Below the pieces are notes generated by a model. It searched no databases, was not told where the DNA came from, and saw only the letters and a list, made by a program, of their open reading frames with translations. This document shows positions 49,751 to 61,875 of a DNA stretch of 64,000 nt, piece after piece. The DNA is taken from NCBI RefSeq assembly GCF_947568905.1, contig NC_079172.1, forward strand, positions 10,168,001 through 10,232,000. Direction: 5' to 3'. Origin of the DNA: Ostrea edulis (Eukaryota). The translations under genes and the position numbers were made by a program. Each line of letters opens with the position of its first letter. Positions within the stretch are counted from its first letter, which is position 1.

Positions 49751-50070
49751 GACCGCGGTCACGGCAGATCAGTGGTTATAGCGTTTGCTTTGTGACTGGA
49801 GGTTGCAGGTTTGATACCCACTCTTCACCTTGGGAGTGTCAAATCTACAAAGTCAAAAGAGGTAAAATATGCCAAACACTCAGCATTTAAAAATGAGACT
49901 CAATCAAGGATTTTTCAGATGAGACCATAAAAACAAGGTCGTGACTCACAGCACATGTTGGCATGATAAAGAACCCTCACTGTTAAGGCCCTAGCTAAGC
50001 ATCATGTATAGGTCTAAATTTATGGCACTTCATCTATTGCTGGTGACATCTTATCATCAGTGAAAAATTG
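49751..50070 (+). mobile_element. Degenerate tRNA-headed SINE with core domain and family tail
   Basis: A-box-like cagtggttatagcg, B-box-like ggtttgatacc, core gatgagacc...ggcatgataaagaaccctc, tail ataggtctaaattt. Confidence 0.6.
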
Positions 50071-50094
50071 TGGTGGCAAACAGAGATGACTTAA

Positions 50095-51646
50095 GGACGA
50101 CAGACCTAATTCAAAATTTTGCACTTCTGCGCTAAAAGCCGCGCACATCGCTATTTACAGTCTCCGTGCATTGTGACGTCACTGCAATTGTTTGATCACA
50201 TTATGAACATGCAAAATCTACGAACTAAACTTGAGACTGTATATTTCTTTCATTATACAAGTAATACGTCTTGTTTGAGTCCATATTTTATATGAATTCT
50301 TCAATAAAGTTGATTTATAGAATTTCCGTACCCATTGGATAGATATTTTATTAATATACCAAAGCAGAATAATTCCTCTCCCGACAACAAAGCAAATCAT
50401 CCCGTCATAATGTTGGGAACAGCTGCTATAGTTGTGACGTTGAATTCGCCGCTGGGCTTTGTATTTGACTTCACAATGCCAAATTGCGCGGAAAATCGAT
50501 GCTGCCGTTGAATAGTTTGAAGACTATCACCCTAGCGCAGATCTTAGCACAGAACCGATCACACGGCAGATACATATATTTTGGTGAAAATAGTCGGCTT
50601 ATCGTCATCTTTTGATATAGAGAAAAATACAGGTAGAATAATGCTTTAGTTACTCATGTCTGAGATTGCAATTGCCAATCAACATGTCATAGTACCACAT
50701 ATTACATAAACATGTATATGCATTTACATGCAATACCAGTACAAGAAATGTCAGAATTCCTTTATTGAAATAAATTTATACTACTCTTAAGCTTTACTTA
50801 TAAAAATGTTTCAGGGAATAAAAATCCATTTTGTTTCTGAGAGTGTTCATCAGAAAAATCTTATAAATGATGATGACAATTGAAGTAGTACATGTTAGAT
50901 CCTATCTTGAAACTGTCCGATAAGTCATGTACTTGGTCTCTTATCAATATAAAATATGTATGCTTTTATTTAAACATTTGAACTTTCTAAATTTATCAGA
51001 AAAGTTAAGGATCATGAAAATGAAAACAAAATGTGCACATTACATATACACTATATACAAATCCGTTGTCTTAAGCTGCATACTGAGCTCTATATCGGAT
51101 TTATTGAATTTGTGACAGTTCATACATTACATATTTTGACACCACCCCTGTAATATTATGCAATGACTCAGTGTTTACATATGATTGGTGACCTTTTTCT
51201 TAATCCATATGATTATTTAGTATAAAGAAAAAGTATGAAACTACAAGTAGAAAACCTATCCATTTCTTATTTAATGACATTTTCCTTGAAAACTGGCCAA
51301 AAATCATCCTTTGACATGCTCCCCTTAAAAAGAATTGCTGATGACCCATTCTTTTTTTCTTACAATTAGTAAGCTTATTGTCTTTTTAAAATCATTCTTT
51401 AATTTGGATTAAAACTCTATTGTAGAATTTTTTAAATTTTAACTTTTATCTTGCACATTGGAAATTTCCTTATATTTCCTTTGCAATTACGACTACTACA
51501 TAACCAACTTTTGAAACGCCCCCCGCTGAAAATCAAATACGATTTTCATTTTTTTTTCATTGATTTTAACTCTTTAATGCATGTTTTACCTTATATCAAA
51601 ATTTGAATAAAATCTCTATTGTAGAAAGGAATTAGGTCCGTCACCC
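50095..51646. mobile_element. Kolobok-type non-autonomous element, 1552 bp, TTAA TSD
   Basis: TTAA-GGACGACAGACCTAATTC ... GAATTAGGTCCGTCACCC-TTAA. No recognisable ORF inside. Confidence 0.8.
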
Positions 51647-51655
51647 TTAAGAGTA

Positions 51656-51816
51656 CAGTTGAACATCGGTATCTTGAACAAGGATATCTCAAATACTATG
51701 GATATGTCAAAGTGATTCGGAAGTCCCAACCATTAATATTCTTTATGTATTTTACCCTTGATATCTCGGGAGATTTTTCCTGGTCCCATTGAATTTCAAA
51801 TAATGAGGTTTGACTG
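51656..51816. mobile_element. Short pogo-type MITE, TA TSD
   Basis: TA-CAGTTGAACATCGGTATCTTGAA ... TTCAAATAATGAGGTTTGACTG-TA. Confidence 0.65.
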
Positions 51817-51869
51817 TATTTGAAAACATGGTGGTGGAAGGCAGATTGCGAATTTGTTGTTATAAAAAG

Positions 51870-52110
51870 ATTGATTGATTAATTGATGTTTTCCGCCACA
51901 CTCAACAATTTTTCAGTTATATGGTGGTGCCCAGTTTTTATTGGTGGAAGAGAGAACCCAGATACAATGTACCTGGGAAGAGACAACCGACCTTCTGAAA
52001 GTAAACTGGGAAACTTTCTCACTTATCGGCGTGAGCGGGATTCAAACCCCCGCCGAGAGAGGTGAGAGTCCGCGTGAATTGAGCGCGATGCTCTAACCAC
52101 TCAGGCCCCC
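51870..52110 (-). mobile_element. tRNA-derived SINE of a second family
   Basis: Minus strand: GAGTGGTTAGAGC (A box), GGTTTGAATCCC (B box), (AATC)n tail at 51870-51885. Confidence 0.7.
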
Positions 52111-52538
52111 TGTTATAAAAAGAAATTAATGTTGAAGGAAATACTTTCCATATAATATAATGATTAATGTATTTATCATGCAGGTCTGTGACTTCAGTAA
52201 AAATCAGACTCCAAGGCATGGTAGTGGCCAAGTGGTAAAACATTCAGCAGGTGATAATGAGGTCAGCAGGTGATAATGAGGTCAACACATGCTAAACATC
52301 ATGTAAATACAATGGAGAAAGTTCTCTGCAAAATTACTCAGTAATTAGCACATCTGTTGATTTTCTTTTAAGCCAATTCATGTGCTCACTGCATGTGTCT
52401 CATGGTTTAGGGTATTTACTGACCTGGGTTTTCTATGGAGATGATGACCTAGCCATGTCTATCAATAACTTTCATTTACGTACAATGTGATTTCATTAAA
52501 TGACAGTTACAGCATAAAATTGCAGTACCATATAGGAG

Positions 52539-52929
52539 AACTAGAGATTGTTTTTATGAAAAACAAATGTCCCCCAGTTCCCCAAATTGAAAAAGTACTC
52601 CAAATGAAACCTCCTTGCCTTAATGTACTGTATGGTATGGAGGAAAAAGCATGAGCAGGAACATACACATTATGAACTCCAATAAGCCACATAGGAGAAG
52701 TGTTCACAAACTATTTTACACCCTCCACCTCTCAGATCCACTATATCTTTAAGGATAACAATTGGATCCTCCTGTTCCTACAATATGCACATCAGCAAAT
52801 GGCATTGAAGTATTGTACAAAATTTCAAATCTATCTGATAAGATTTTTTGACAGACGGACAGACAAATGGACAGAAAGTAGTACAAAAACAATATGTCTC
52901 AAAACCCCTTGAAAGAGGGAAGACATAAT
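52539..52929 (+). mobile_element. HINE of the same family as 20758-21330
   Basis: Shared GATTGTTTTTATGAAAAACAAATGTC start, (GACA/GACG)n microsatellite, acaatatgtctc...gaagacataat end. Confidence 0.8.
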
Positions 52930-55248
52930 CTGCACTCATGTAAAAGACAAAAGGCTGATTTAAAACTTAATTTTTTCCAATAATTAATTGGGATCCACCA
53001 ATATTAATATCAGTTGGTGCAATCATCTGTTTAAATAGAATGGTTAAATATATGTTATCAATAATTAATATTTGTAAATATTACAAAAAACAAAAAAAAA
53101 ACAACATCAAACTGGCTTGTTATTATTACACACCATCTGTATAAGATTCAGATTATGTAAGTAACACACACGCACCCCACCCACCCACCCCCACCCCCCT
53201 CCTACACACACAAGAAAATGTGCAAAGATATTCCATTAATTAATGATTACACTTACCAATTAGAGACACCATTGGAAAATCATCCTTTTCCATTCTGTAT
53301 CTACAATTCAGTGCTAACAGGGTTTGGAGTCTACCAGACAAGTCCGTGTTTACAAAGGATTGCTTCAGTCAGATCTCTGACATCATTACATATATGCTCA
53401 ATGGAGACTTCTAAAGTGTAGCTTCTATGTCACTTGCAGTCATTCAGTGTGAAGGAGAGCTGATCATTAAATATGTATTCCAGATCCAGCTTAGAGCAGA
53501 AGTAAAGCTTCCCTATGATCCGGTCAAAGATTCAATCAGCTGACAAATCCAACTTCTCGTAATAATCTGATGCTTTTCTCTGTTTTGCTTAAAAGTGCTA
53601 AAGAATCAATAGTTGTTTCATAATCCCTTTTATATGCCAAGACTCAATCAACTATTTTGTCAACAACATAAAGTCTTTCATTTCAATAGTTAGACTTGAT
53701 GTACCTATTTAGAATATAATTGTCTGGCACACAGTTTATAGATCATATTCCAAGACATTTATTTTCCTGTCATTTTTAAAAACGACTATTTTCAGATTTT
53801 GCAATTCATTATAATATGCTAACGTACATCAATGAAAGCCAAGTTTACTGCCTGCGGTTTTTCCTGGTGGCATTACCATGACGACATACCGACTTTAGAC
53901 CCCAGGATTTGAGGGTCAGCAAACACATGAATGACTTAATTAATACATTCAAAAATTTCATAAAAGCAGAGGCAATCTATTCACCAGTAATTAATTCTAT
54001 AAACCACAAACTATTGTTTATTTAAAAAAAAAACAAACAACACATTGGTACATTTATGTGTACTTGTGAGTCACAGTGAAATTCTCAAAGCTGTATAGTG
54101 ATCAAGATTGAGGGCAACTTATGACCAGTGACCTGAGGCATAACAGGTATCAATATCCATTCATTTTATCCATTAAACCATTGATAATACACTGCCCTGT
54201 ACGGGAAAGGATTAAATAAAAGTAAATTCTTATGCGACTGATTTATTCAATATTGTTGGCGAAATCAACCCTGTAATTTTCCTAATTAATGCAAAATTTC
54301 CGTGTAAGCATGATGATGACGGAGAAATGAATCGAAATCACTTTCTACATCCTTCCTCAAGTAGAAGGAAAAATCAATATGTTCCTGACCAGCTAAAGAT
54401 CAACTCAATATTACCGGATTCTGGAAAGATAAACCACAACCCGAGACATGACATACAGGGATAGACTAAGCATACTAACAGAAACAATTCAAGGAAAGAC
54501 GACTCCTTCATCTGCTCATGAAGAGTTATCTCACTTGATGCATCAAGAATAAGAAAATCACCACAAAGAAAGAGTTATGAAATATGGGCAGGGTTAATTC
54601 ATTGCTTTATCTGATGTTCAGAATTAATTACATTCCTTAACAAATACATAAATTAGTAAGCTCAATAGTGTGTACAATTATTTTAAATACTACTAAATGT
54701 TCTAATATTCTTCCAACAATGAAAGCAGTTTGTGGGAGTTATTGCTAATATGTCTCCCCTCTGTTTGTCCAGCATTCATGTCTATACCGTTTCAATTTCT
54801 ACACTTTTCTTTCACATTTAATGCTCTAAGGCATTGATATGGCACTTAATTATGCTATGTGGCTTTAAAATAAAATAAAATGTATAAGTTTGACTAGTAA
54901 TTTGGCCTTTGCTGAATTCCACATTTGCTTTTACAAGAGTAATAATGACTGGCCAGCCTTAAATCACATAAAATTTGATTTTTGCAATGGGATGGCAATT
55001 AGGGGACACAAGTTACTTTAGAAAACTTTCAGAATGCTTGTTTTACAAGACACCCCAAACATCATGGATAGCAAACCACTTATTTGGACATTAAAATTGA
55101 TTTAATCTGCACAAGAAGATGATTTGAAAGTACACTACAAACTTTTTCAACTAGATGTATAGGAGGAAGACAAATTATACACCCACCCATAACTCTGCCA
55201 AATTTAAAAGTTATTGGACCTGACCCATAAGAGTACATGACCTGCATT

Positions 55249-55978
55249 AATTCTCATGATATATCTGTTTCTCACATTATCACCAGTGTGAGATCGACTT
55301 TGCCCATGTGAGACAGCCATGTGAGATTTTTCTGTCTTACATTGTGTATTACTATGCCGCGAACGTCACTACTTTTAAAACGTAAACAAAAATCGTCTGC
55401 AAAAGATAAATAGGCCTAATAAATCATGGAGGGTGCAAATGGTACTAGTACTAGATTTAAACGTGTGGAAACATCTACTTTCATTGAGGTTAATGAAAAT
55501 TCCAATACACTACGAAAAACAATGGGTCATTTGAACATTTTACGTGAGTATTTTGAACTGAAAGGGGAGTCAAGAGAAATTCATGATATTCCCCCCCATT
55601 GAGCTAGCTGGACCCTCTGTTGGCAAACTTTATTGTGAGCGTTAGAACCAAATCGGGTGAAGAATATGAGCCCTCAACTCTAAGAGGGATGTTAGGGAGT
55701 TTTAAAAGGCACTTAAAACGTCACCGTTATCAATATTCATTAATTACTAGCTTCGAATTTGCTCAGTGCAGAGAGGCCCTCAAGGCAAAACAAAAAGATT
55801 TAAAAGCACAGGGACGTGGAAATAAACTTCGAAGATCTGACTCTTTAACATCTGATGAAATTGAAAAACTCTACACAACTGAACAATTAGGAAAAACTAC
55901 ACCAACATCTCTGATAAACACATTGTGGTTTAACAACACATTGTATTTTGGCATGTGAGGGGGGACAGAACATCATAA
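55249..55978 (+). mobile_element. 5' portion of a Crypton-type element encoding a DUF3504-like tyrosine recombinase, truncated by a HINE insertion
   Basis: Frameshifted ORF from ATG 55426: ...REIHDIPPIELDPLLANFIVSVRTKSGEEYEPSTLRG...LKAKQKDLKAQGRGNK...LINTLWFNNTLYFGM(R>stop)GGTEH. The VRxKxGEEYEPxxL and FGxRGxxEH motifs are typical of DUF3504/Crypton recombinases. Confidence 0.8.
55426..55975 (+). pseudogene. Tyrosine recombinase pseudogene fragment
   Basis: Frameshifts at the 55591-55597 C-run and a 4-bp GCTA duplication. TGA at 55956-55958 replaces the first catalytic Arg (CGA). The C-terminal catalytic residues are missing. Confidence 0.75.
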
Positions 55979-56814
55979 AACAAGAGGTACTGTGAGCAAT
56001 GCTCACTAAGAATACCCCCCGCTTACCCCAATCTCCCAAAGGGTGTTGGTAATAGGTAAAACTTCAGTATTATGATCCAAAAGGTATCTAGGAGCACAGC
56101 ATCTCCATGCGATGAAAAAAGCCATTAAAGAATTTAAATGGAAACCATATTGCTACTTCGATGTCCAGTACGCGTGACCTTTGACCTTTTAACCCCAAAA
56201 TCGATAGGGAACATCTTCATCCCATGGGTAGTCCATATGTATGATATGGTGACTGTAGGTGGAAAGGATAACGCTTTAAGAGCCCGCGGAAACCATATTG
56301 CTACTTCAATGTCCAGTGCACTTGACCTTTGACCCCAAAATCAATAGGGAACATCTTCATCCCATGAGTAGTCCATATGTATGATATGGTGACTGTAAGT
56401 GGAAAGGATAACGCTTTAGAGCCCGGAAACCATATTGCTGCTTCGATGTCCAGTGCGCTTGACCTTTTGACCCCAAAATCGATAGGGAACATCTTCATCC
56501 CATGGGTAGTCCATATGTATGATATGGTGACTGTAAGTGGAAAGGATAACGCTTTAGAGCCCGGAAACCATATTGCTGCTTCGATGTCCAGTGCGCTTGA
56601 CCTTTTGACCCCAAAATCGATAGGGAACATCTTCATCCCATGGGTAGTCCATATGTATGATATGGTGACGGTAGTTGGAAAGGATAATGTTTTAGAGCCC
56701 GGAAACCAAGACAGACGGACAACCCGATTCCAGTATACCCCCCCCCCCCCCCCCCACTTGTTGCGGGGGGGGGGGGGGGGGGGGTTGGGGGGGTTGGGGG
56801 GGGGGGGTTATAAT
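55979..56814 (+). mobile_element. Full-length young HINE with four ~138-bp tandem repeats
   Basis: AACAAGAGG start, GTGAGC-aat-GCTCAC hairpin, unit starts at 56145, 56293, 56430, 56568 and 56706, agacagacggac microsatellite, poly-C/acttgttgc/poly-G terminal hairpin, then TATAA. Confidence 0.92.
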
Positions 56815-57156
56815 TAGCACAAACAGAAAACTACTGAAAACAATTTAAATTGAAAACTTGAACTCACTAAATGTTAAAACATTTTGTCTGGCACAATATC
56901 TTCTAGATGCAAATTCTTACCAATCTGAATGATTCAATACCATTAAAGTACTACATCACACTGCCCCATGGGAAGTTTTTGAAACATACACAGAGTTACT
57001 GTAAACCAATTTACTTTTCCTATAAAGCAGATTTCAAATTCTTGAATACATATATAAGCAGGATGTCTTTTTTTCTTCATCAAATATTCATGAAGGTCTT
57101 GGATTAATTCAATCATCTGGTTTAAAAAATAATTGAAGTTTTTTTTTAAAAAAGTA

Positions 57157-58706
57157 CAGTGGAGCCTCGTTAATCCGGACACTTTGGTTCCCAGCAAAAT
57201 CGTCCGGATAAATGAAGCGTCCGGATAATTGAATCGCATATTTTCTAGCTTTGCATAAGTAACCAATATATGCCTACTTTATTGATGCATAGTGAATTAA
57301 ACACATTCTATCATTGGATTTAACCATTTGCATTAGTAAATAAATTATGATAATATTAACATTTACATGTATTTCAAAGCACTAATATTGTAAGTGTTCA
57401 GTGTATTTGCCTGTGCCTACATTGTACATACATATGATCCCTACAAATAGATATACAAAACTGTGTACCGTATGCACTAAAACAAATAATGAAGCACTTT
57501 ATGTAACTATAAGTAAATAAATCATTAGTAACTAACATAATCATTCATACTTCAAACATTTCATCACACTTTTACTTCTTAAAGAGGCCGGTAATTTCCA
57601 TCTGTCACGATTCACGGGTTCGGCGGTCTGTTAAAACAATCTTCATCGTCCAAAGTTGATATAAGAATTTCGTGATTATCATGTCAGTTGACAACATTCT
57701 TTAACCAAAATTCAATCTGCCAGAGTTTATATTTCTTATTCTATAATTATCCAAGACAATATCGGGAGAACAAAATCATTTTAGCTCGTAATATCAAGAC
57801 CTACTACTGCTTTGATCTAGTCACGTGCACCTATTATTTTCATGATGCGATAATAACGGAACAAAACTCGGGTGAAACTAACATTACAGGTACATACAGA
57901 ATTTAATTGTGATTTTCCTTAAAATGGTAATTTTCTCACTTCTACCCAGAGTTTAAAAATTCGAAACCAATAAACCTCTACAACATCGTAACAAGAATCA
58001 ATCGTACACAGGTACATTCTACATGCGTGATATTCTAAACATTAGAAACTTACTACATATACATGTGCTTGAACATACATGTATATTTCACGCCAATCAC
58101 CAGTATAAAATCCAGAATCTAGAAATATAATCTACACTCTTTAGATTTTAATAAGCCGATATCAATTTACGAATCAGTACAACTGATATGTGTAGCAGTT
58201 ATAAAATATCATTACGGCATGATGTTTAATTTATTAATACTATTAGGGTATTGATCAAGACTATAAAATAATATGCTACAGATTTATTTACAAAATTCAA
58301 CACTACACGCAATAAAGATCTTATGTGCGAAAATTGGCAATACAATGTCTCGATCGGCACGTGCTATCTTACGGACTTATCATCACACACCACCTAATTG
58401 GAGGGAGGTGTTGACAGGGTACAGGTAATCGCTTCAATTAGACAGTTTGGCTTGTTTTCTTTATAATTTACGCCTTGCTAAAATTGTCCGACACAGACCT
58501 TCCCTAAACAAAATTACCGTCCGGATTAACGGTACAATTTTCAATGCATTATAACGTTTTGTAGTAAAAAGTGACCGTCCGGATCCGGAACGCGAATTTC
58601 CGGATTAATGATGCAAAATAATGTATAAAAATTCCGTTCCCTAGAAAAATCGTCCGGAAGGTGAAGCGTCCGGATTAATGGCGTCCGGATTACCGAGGCT
58701 CCACTG
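57157..58706 (-). mobile_element. Internally deleted pogo/Tigger-type element, 1550 bp, TA TSD
   Basis: TA-CAGTGGAGCCTCGTTAATCCGGAC ... GTCCGGATTACCGAGGCTCCACTG-TA, with repeated subterminal TCCGGAT motifs. The minus strand keeps a remnant transposase C-terminus ...RRTRES*QMEITGLFKK* (stop at 57574-57572). Confidence 0.85.
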
Positions 58707-59230
58707 TACATCAAATTAACAGCTGCAGCATCAAATAAATAATCTTAAAGACATTCATACATTCTTTCTTATCCAATGATGATTAAATCAAGATTTTTCC
58801 TCAATAAACTTCAATTCACATCACCGCATGGATTAGCATGGATTAGCGAAACTCGGCAGGCATGCCTTGTTGTTATTTGTTATTTTATACAAGTAATGTT
58901 TTGTTATACACAGACGAATCAGCTGCTCTTTAAGATACACACTCCTTTATAGTTTTACAGGTTGTGAAATCTAGGTCAGTGAATGTACTTTAAAAGTACT
59001 TTTAAAAGTACATTTTAGTAATGATTTTCCAAATAACCTGATCTTCACCTGCGATCACATGACTAATTCTTACACTTAGAGCTTTGCAGCAACACCAAAC
59101 GTCCTCGGTTAAAGGTGATGTAGAATATAAGCTTTATCACAAACATGATATTTATGAAGATAACATTTAAAAATTTCTAAATAGGTATCCGATACATATT
59201 ACTAGAGTTCCACATCTCAGATGGTATATA

Positions 59231-60794
59231 TACTACTCAAAATTTGATAAGGATCACTAGGTTATATGTGTGTAATTTACCACTAACATAACAAAAAACA
59301 TAAATTTTACTCAGAAATGTGTTTACTCAGGTTATGAATGAAAATTCATGAACGGCATGAACTTTTATCAATACGGAATGCTTGAAATCTGATAACAACA
59401 ACAAAAGGCATTTCATTACAAAAAGTTAACAGCAAACCAGAGAAAGAATTACACAGTTTTTGCTGATAGTCCATCATTACACTTAGTCGATGAAGTGTCA
59501 ATACCGGGTATGGCCTCCCCTTGCATCAATGACGGCTTGACAACGTCGAGCCATGCTGTCAATAAGCACCTGGATGTTTCCAATGGGAAGGTTGTTCCAC
59601 TCTTCCACGAGGGTGTTTCCGAGCTCTGCCAAAGTCGTGGGTTGTGTTCTACAGCGTGAAAGGGCAACGGCTGCAGCATGTTCCATACATGCTCAATCGG
59701 GTTCAAGTCCGGCGAGCGTGCTGGCCAGTCCATATGGACAATTGTCTCTGGCTGAATGTACTGTTCCACCACCCTGGCGCGATGAGGACAGGCGTTATCA
59801 TCCATCAGGATGAACTCAGGGCCAACAGCACCAGCGTAGGGTCTGACGTAAACATCGAGGATCTCATCTCGGTACCGCATCCCCGTCATTGTTCCTCTCT
59901 CCAGGACATGAAGATCTGTTCTTCCATCCCTGCTGATTCCACCCCAGACCATGATGGAACCACCACCATAACGGTCATGTTCACTGATGTTGGCATCATG
60001 GAAATGTTCACGTTGTCGTCACCACACTCAGTGCCTCCTGTCTGTAAAGTCCAAACAATACCTGGACTCATCGGTGAACAGAACTTGAACCCAATCGTTC
60101 TGTGTCCAAGTGACATGATCTTCAGCCCAGTCCAATCACTCCCGCCGGTGTCGAACAGACAGAGGGACTCAAACACATGCCCTTCTCAAATTGAGACCTG
60201 CATTGTGAAGCCGATTCCCTATCGTCTGAGTGGACACATTCACCCCTGAAGTGTTCAGGAGGTCGTTACGTAGGCTGGTTGCTGTCCAAAAGGGATGGCG
60301 TCGTGCCTGAAGAGCCACAAAATGGTCTTGGCGTTGGGTTGTCGGCCTCTGACGACCACCCCCATGTCGGTGTGCTGCTGTACCAAAAGTTTGCTGTCGG
60401 TTCCAGGCCCTGTTTATAACGCTCTGGCTGACGTTTAGTGCATTTGCAACGCCACATTGTGAATAACCAGTGTCAGGCATTCCAATACATCTGCCCGGTT
60501 GTTGTCGTCAGGCGACGCCTTACACGTTGAGGGGGCATTGTGTTGATAAACCTAGTGTAAACACTCGAGTTTGAAATTTTAGAAAGAATCAGACACCGAT
60601 GCCTGAGTGAAAATCATGCAATGGTAGCAAAAGCATAACCTGTGATGAGAAACGCATTTCCCATGGCATGAAATACACGTGCAAGTTTGTTGAAGACGTG
60701 TTTGATTTCACTTGGACACAATATTGCCAGTTATGCAGTTATTAATTTTTTAAACAGAAAAATATCTATGGTCCTTATCAAATGTTGAGTAGTA
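59231..60794 (-). mobile_element. Tc1 DNA transposon (DD34E), 1564 bp, TA TSD
   Basis: TA-TACTACTCAAAATTTGATAAGGATCA versus the reverse complement of the right end TA-TACTACTCAACATTTGATAAGGACCA. It encodes a Tc1 transposase. Confidence 0.93.
59498..60538 (-). pseudogene. Tc1 transposase pseudogene
   Basis: MPPQRVRRRL start, HTH region GYSQCGVANALNVSQSVINR, LFTDESR, MVWGGIS, MDDNACPH...WPARSPDLNPIEHVW (D-34-E), RCQAVIDARGGHTRY*. At least three frame breaks. Confidence 0.93.
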
Positions 60795-61157
60795 TATATT
60801 TATATACACAATGTATATATAATTGGTGAATCAGTTGGTATTGATCTTTCATATCATTGAACTTAATACAGATTGTCAGAAACTCTGATACATAATAACA
60901 GTCATTAAAATACTGATTCACATTTCATTGTTATATGTCTTGTAAATGTCATTATAATGGTTGTCAAGAGACATAAACCAACCAGAGATCTGTAATGATG
61001 GAGAGATTCAGAGTTGTTAGAGTGGGCTTGAATCCTGAATTTTCAAAGTATCAGTATGAATATCCAATATTTAGATATATAATGGTTGTATTTTTTCATT
61101 ACTGTTTGAGTGACATGCCTGGCACAAATTTAATGCTATTAAACAATTCTCAATTAA

Positions 61158-61459
61158 GGAGGTATGCTATACCAGAGAAATTTGATATGGGTGAAAAGTG
61201 GAGGATATGTACAACAATATTTTGAAATTGAAAACTTTCAAATCTACTTTATTTATTATTTAGTCAAAAAATGCAGTTTTAGTTGAAAGCAATCTGAGAA
61301 AAATTTAAAACCCCTGCTGGACTCGAACCCGCGATCTACAGTTCGAGCTACTCAGCTAGGCAATGATTTTTTAAATGAATAGGCAAATATTGCTAATATT
61401 TATATTTTCATCCATGTTTTAAAAGAAAGTCAGCCATTATGATGATGTAGAGTACCCCC
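61158..61459. mobile_element. Kolobok-type MITE, 302 bp, TTAA TSD, with an internal tRNA-like segment
   Basis: TTAA-GGAGGTATGCTATAC ... GATGTAGAGTACCCCC-TTAA. Minus-strand B-box GGTTCGAGTCC lies within 61311-61360. A degenerate relative is at ~29386-29715. Confidence 0.65.
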
Positions 61460-61875
61460 TTAATGTAAAGGGTCTCGATATATAGTGGATGTTTCTTTTT
61501 TTTAAAAGAGTTATCTCTCTTTGCTCAGAAATGAGAGAATTTATAAATTAATTCAAATTTTACCTGACATTAAATAATCATTTTATGCATCTTTTCACCA
61601 AAATCTTTCTTGAGAATCTGACTTTTTATTCTACATGGCAATTAACCCATCTGTCCGACTGCCAGTGACATTGCCTTCATTATTTCAAAGAGGATCTTTC
61701 CCCTTATTTGTGTAATATGATTTAAATAGGAAAGGTATAATCAGCAACAAATGTGACAGGAAGGGGATAAAATGTGATAGTCCAGGCCAGAATTTTGAAC
61801 CTACCTAAGCCCCTTTGAGTCTAAGAAAGTCCCCTTGTCTAAGTGGGCTATTAGGGATGTTTTCAACTTTTAAGT

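Noticed and set aside
54150-54620. Possible second Crypton-like non-autonomous element (actgccctgtacggg ... tatgggcagggt)
   Set aside because: The terminal similarity is short, the boundaries are ambiguous and no recognisable ORF is present, so it was not called.
56138-56817. Repetitive 111-146 aa ORFs
   Set aside because: They are by-products of the 138-bp (multiple of 3) tandem units inside a non-autonomous HINE.
59553-60249. Plus-strand ORFs of 86 and 201 aa
   Set aside because: They are antisense shadows of the Tc1 transposase.
61311-61360. tRNA-like sequences here and at 17950-17998, 38080-38150, 49751-49820 and 52040-52110 as tRNA genes
   Set aside because: The cloverleafs are incomplete and embedded in SINE or MITE bodies.
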